From: Paraspadella gotoi
Lineage: Eukaryota > Animalia > Chaetognatha
Direction: 5' to 3'
Length of the DNA stretch: 64,000 bases
Assembly (NCBI GenBank): GCA_051294375.1
Contig: CM119265.1
Span: 14,980,963-15,044,962, forward strand
The notes beneath the pieces were generated by a model. It saw only the letters and a program-made list of their open reading frames with translations, was not told the origin of the DNA and made no database searches. Both the position numbers and the translations under genes were made by a program. This document shows positions 61,725 through 64,000 of this stretch, one piece after another (positions within the stretch are counted from its first letter, which is position 1; each line of letters opens with the position of its first letter).

Positions 61725-63935
61725 TTACATAATGGCGCAGCTTTTTGCCTCCTCCGCCGGTGCGGCCGCAGCGGGCTGTAAAAAGAAAAAAAAAAATTTT
61801 TCCTTTCGAATTTTTTAAAAGGGGAGATTAAATAAATAATTTATGTGATAAAAACTAACAACTCACCTCATCGGGTGCCGTAATGATAGATTCATTTTGC
61901 GTCACAATTTCGGAAGTGTATTGCACACGCTTCCTCTTCGTTCCACGCGATGGCGTTGGAGTTCGCGATCCAGATTGGGAGACGTTGATTCGCAAGCGCT
62001 CCTCTTCGCCTTCCAGCAACTTCCGGTAGGCGGCTAAAAGAAACAATGATCGTTACTACCCGTTGGGGCAACCCAAGAAAACCATGATCATTTAACGCCC
62101 ACGCTCCCTCTTCCCACCGATTTCCATGTCGAGGGCGAGCTTTATGTCCATTAACTCGTGATATTCCATCAGTTGATCGGCCATTTGCTGACGCAAACTT
62201 TTTATTTCATCGTCCTTGGCGGTCATAGAGTTACGATACTCTTTCTCGCGCGACGCCAGGTCTGACTCCAAATCGGCGATGCGTCCCTCGTACATGCGAC
62301 ATTTTGACTAAATAAACAAACAAACATGCATGAGCATAAGAATTAGTACTCGGTTTTTCATATTAAGACCTGTTTTTACCGAGAGTGTGTTAATATGAGA
62401 GGTGAGTTCTCCGATCTTTAATCTCCCGGTAGAAATTTCTTCCTGGAAGCCCTTGTCTTCGGATTGACTCCGATTTAATGCGCCTTGAAGCCCATCGATC
62501 TTGGCCTCGTACATCGCTTCCAGCTCGGCCTTGAGCAGGGCTGCCTGCTCGTCGTAATGACGACGTAGATCTTGGAGAGACTCTTGAAGGCGGTTGTCAT
62601 ATTCTGTCGCCAAAGTTTGATCTAAAAATCGTGGAAAAACGTTTATTTAGATCTGGTAGGGCATTCGGCGAACCACAACCATAACTACCGATTTCCGTGA
62701 TTTCAAGTTCTTTCTTCTTTCGGGTTTCGTTCAACTCGGAGTCGAACAAAGATTTCTTGAAGACTAATTCCTCCTTTAGAGACTGCAGACGATTCTCCAG
62801 ATCAACTCGGACCAACGTCTCTTCTTCTAACTGACGTTTGGCGAGGTTCCTTTGTGATTCCAGTTCCGGAAGCTCGGCCTGAAGGCTTGCCAGTTCCTCA
62901 ACGGCGCGTTGCTTGTCTTTCAGGGCGATGGAAAGGTTCGCCGAGAGATCCTACAAAAAATGTGAAGTCAGAGTAATAGTAATAGTCTTTTCATACAATT
63001 GAAACATTCTTTGAAATATTATAATACTTCATTGATAGGGAAGCCAGTACTCTGGGAGTGAATAAACAAGACAGAGAGTCTTGCTTGAAAGCTGCGATGT
63101 CATTATCTTGTAAGAATGATGGAGGCCTTAAACCACCAAAGCCTGCCCAAAGTCAGGGGCAAGATAGCTTATTTATTAGGTGAATGGATAATTTTTATTT
63201 TGGTTGTACCAGTTTCATATGATAAAATCAAGTTTAAAATTAAATTGTCAATGCAATAAATACAATACCGAGTTAAATTTTTTGTTCAATTCCGATTTTA
63301 GAAAATAAACCCTAAACCTGTAAATAGTACTAAGGCAAAATGGAAAAAGAATGCCTTGCCATTCTGATCCGAGTAATTGAAAAGTAACATTACAAACAAT
63401 ATAGACTAACTTCGACGTTTATTCTCACCGAAATCTTTTTTTCCGCGTCGGCGAGGGATTTGTGAAGGGCCGAGAGCTCCGAGTCCCGTTTGGTTAACTT
63501 GGCTGCAAGATCATCCGCTTCCGCCTTCCACTTTCCGACTTCGATTTGTAGATGTGCCTTTTCTTTGGCAGTCTCATCAAGAAGCTTACGGGCATCAGCA
63601 AGTTCCGCCTCGTAGAGACCCTGTTTAAAAATTAAAATTATTGCATCGACATAAAATTTTATAAAACAAGATGCATCACAACGCAGAGTTTGGGTAAATG
63701 GGTTAATAGGTAAAAAAATAACCTTTTTATAATAAAATATTTATATATTGTTGAATCATTAGAAGCAAAAATATTAAATGTCAAATATCAAATGACACGA
63801 GGCAAAAACCTTCAGATTTGAAATTTCTCTAGTCGTAGTGTCTTCTGTGCTCTGTATTTGTACGGTGAGTCTCATGTTCTCCGATTCAAGACTCCGAACC
63901 CTATCGATGTAGTTGGCGAAGCGGTCGTTTAGAAC
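61725..63935 (-). CDS. Nuclear lamin (B-type, CaaX CAIM), 5'-partial, lacking the Ig-fold tail domain
   Basis: [19 protein letters not shown]; [15 protein letters not shown]; [26 protein letters not shown]; NLS KRKR. Terminal exon 61725-61775 reads [16 protein letters not shown]. Confidence 0.9.
62980..63218. repeat. Second copy (inverted) of the dispersed repeat at 10072-10323
   Basis: Reverse-complement similarity over about 240 bp. Confidence 0.75.
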
Positions 63936-64000
63936 CTGTTAAAAATACATGGTTCAGCATATCAAAACTGGTTCATGTTCTGGTTTTTCGTTTCTCGTTC

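Overview
AT-rich invertebrate (metazoan) genomic DNA with short spliceosomal introns. One + strand gene (DC-STAMP-domain DCST/sneaky-like, 5'-partial) converges on a run of 13 consecutive minus-strand genes: lamin (CaaX present, Ig-fold absent), CKS1, PIBF1, PRC1, an intronless GH35 beta-galactosidase, a ParB/Srx-like-domain gene, RNASEH2B, NARFL/CIAO3, a plant-type FKBP12, NEDD1, a double-CXXC/C2H2 zinc-finger gene, MRE11 and a LOTUS-Tudor (TDRD5-like) gene. Several are only about 90-430 bp apart, which suggests operon-like organisation. Main discovery: at least two families of small non-coding LTR elements (TRIM/LTR-retrozyme-like; five insertions) with TG...CA/TA ends, 4-bp TSDs and a tRNA primer-binding site. 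Their LTRs carry a circularly permuted (type P5) twister-ribozyme motif with covarying pseudoknots and a palindromic P1, which suggests dimeric self-cleavage. Minimal type I hammerhead motifs resembling Penelope pseudo-LTRs also occur in introns. All RNA structures and gene models were read by eye. Exon boundaries are approximate and ribozyme activity is untested.
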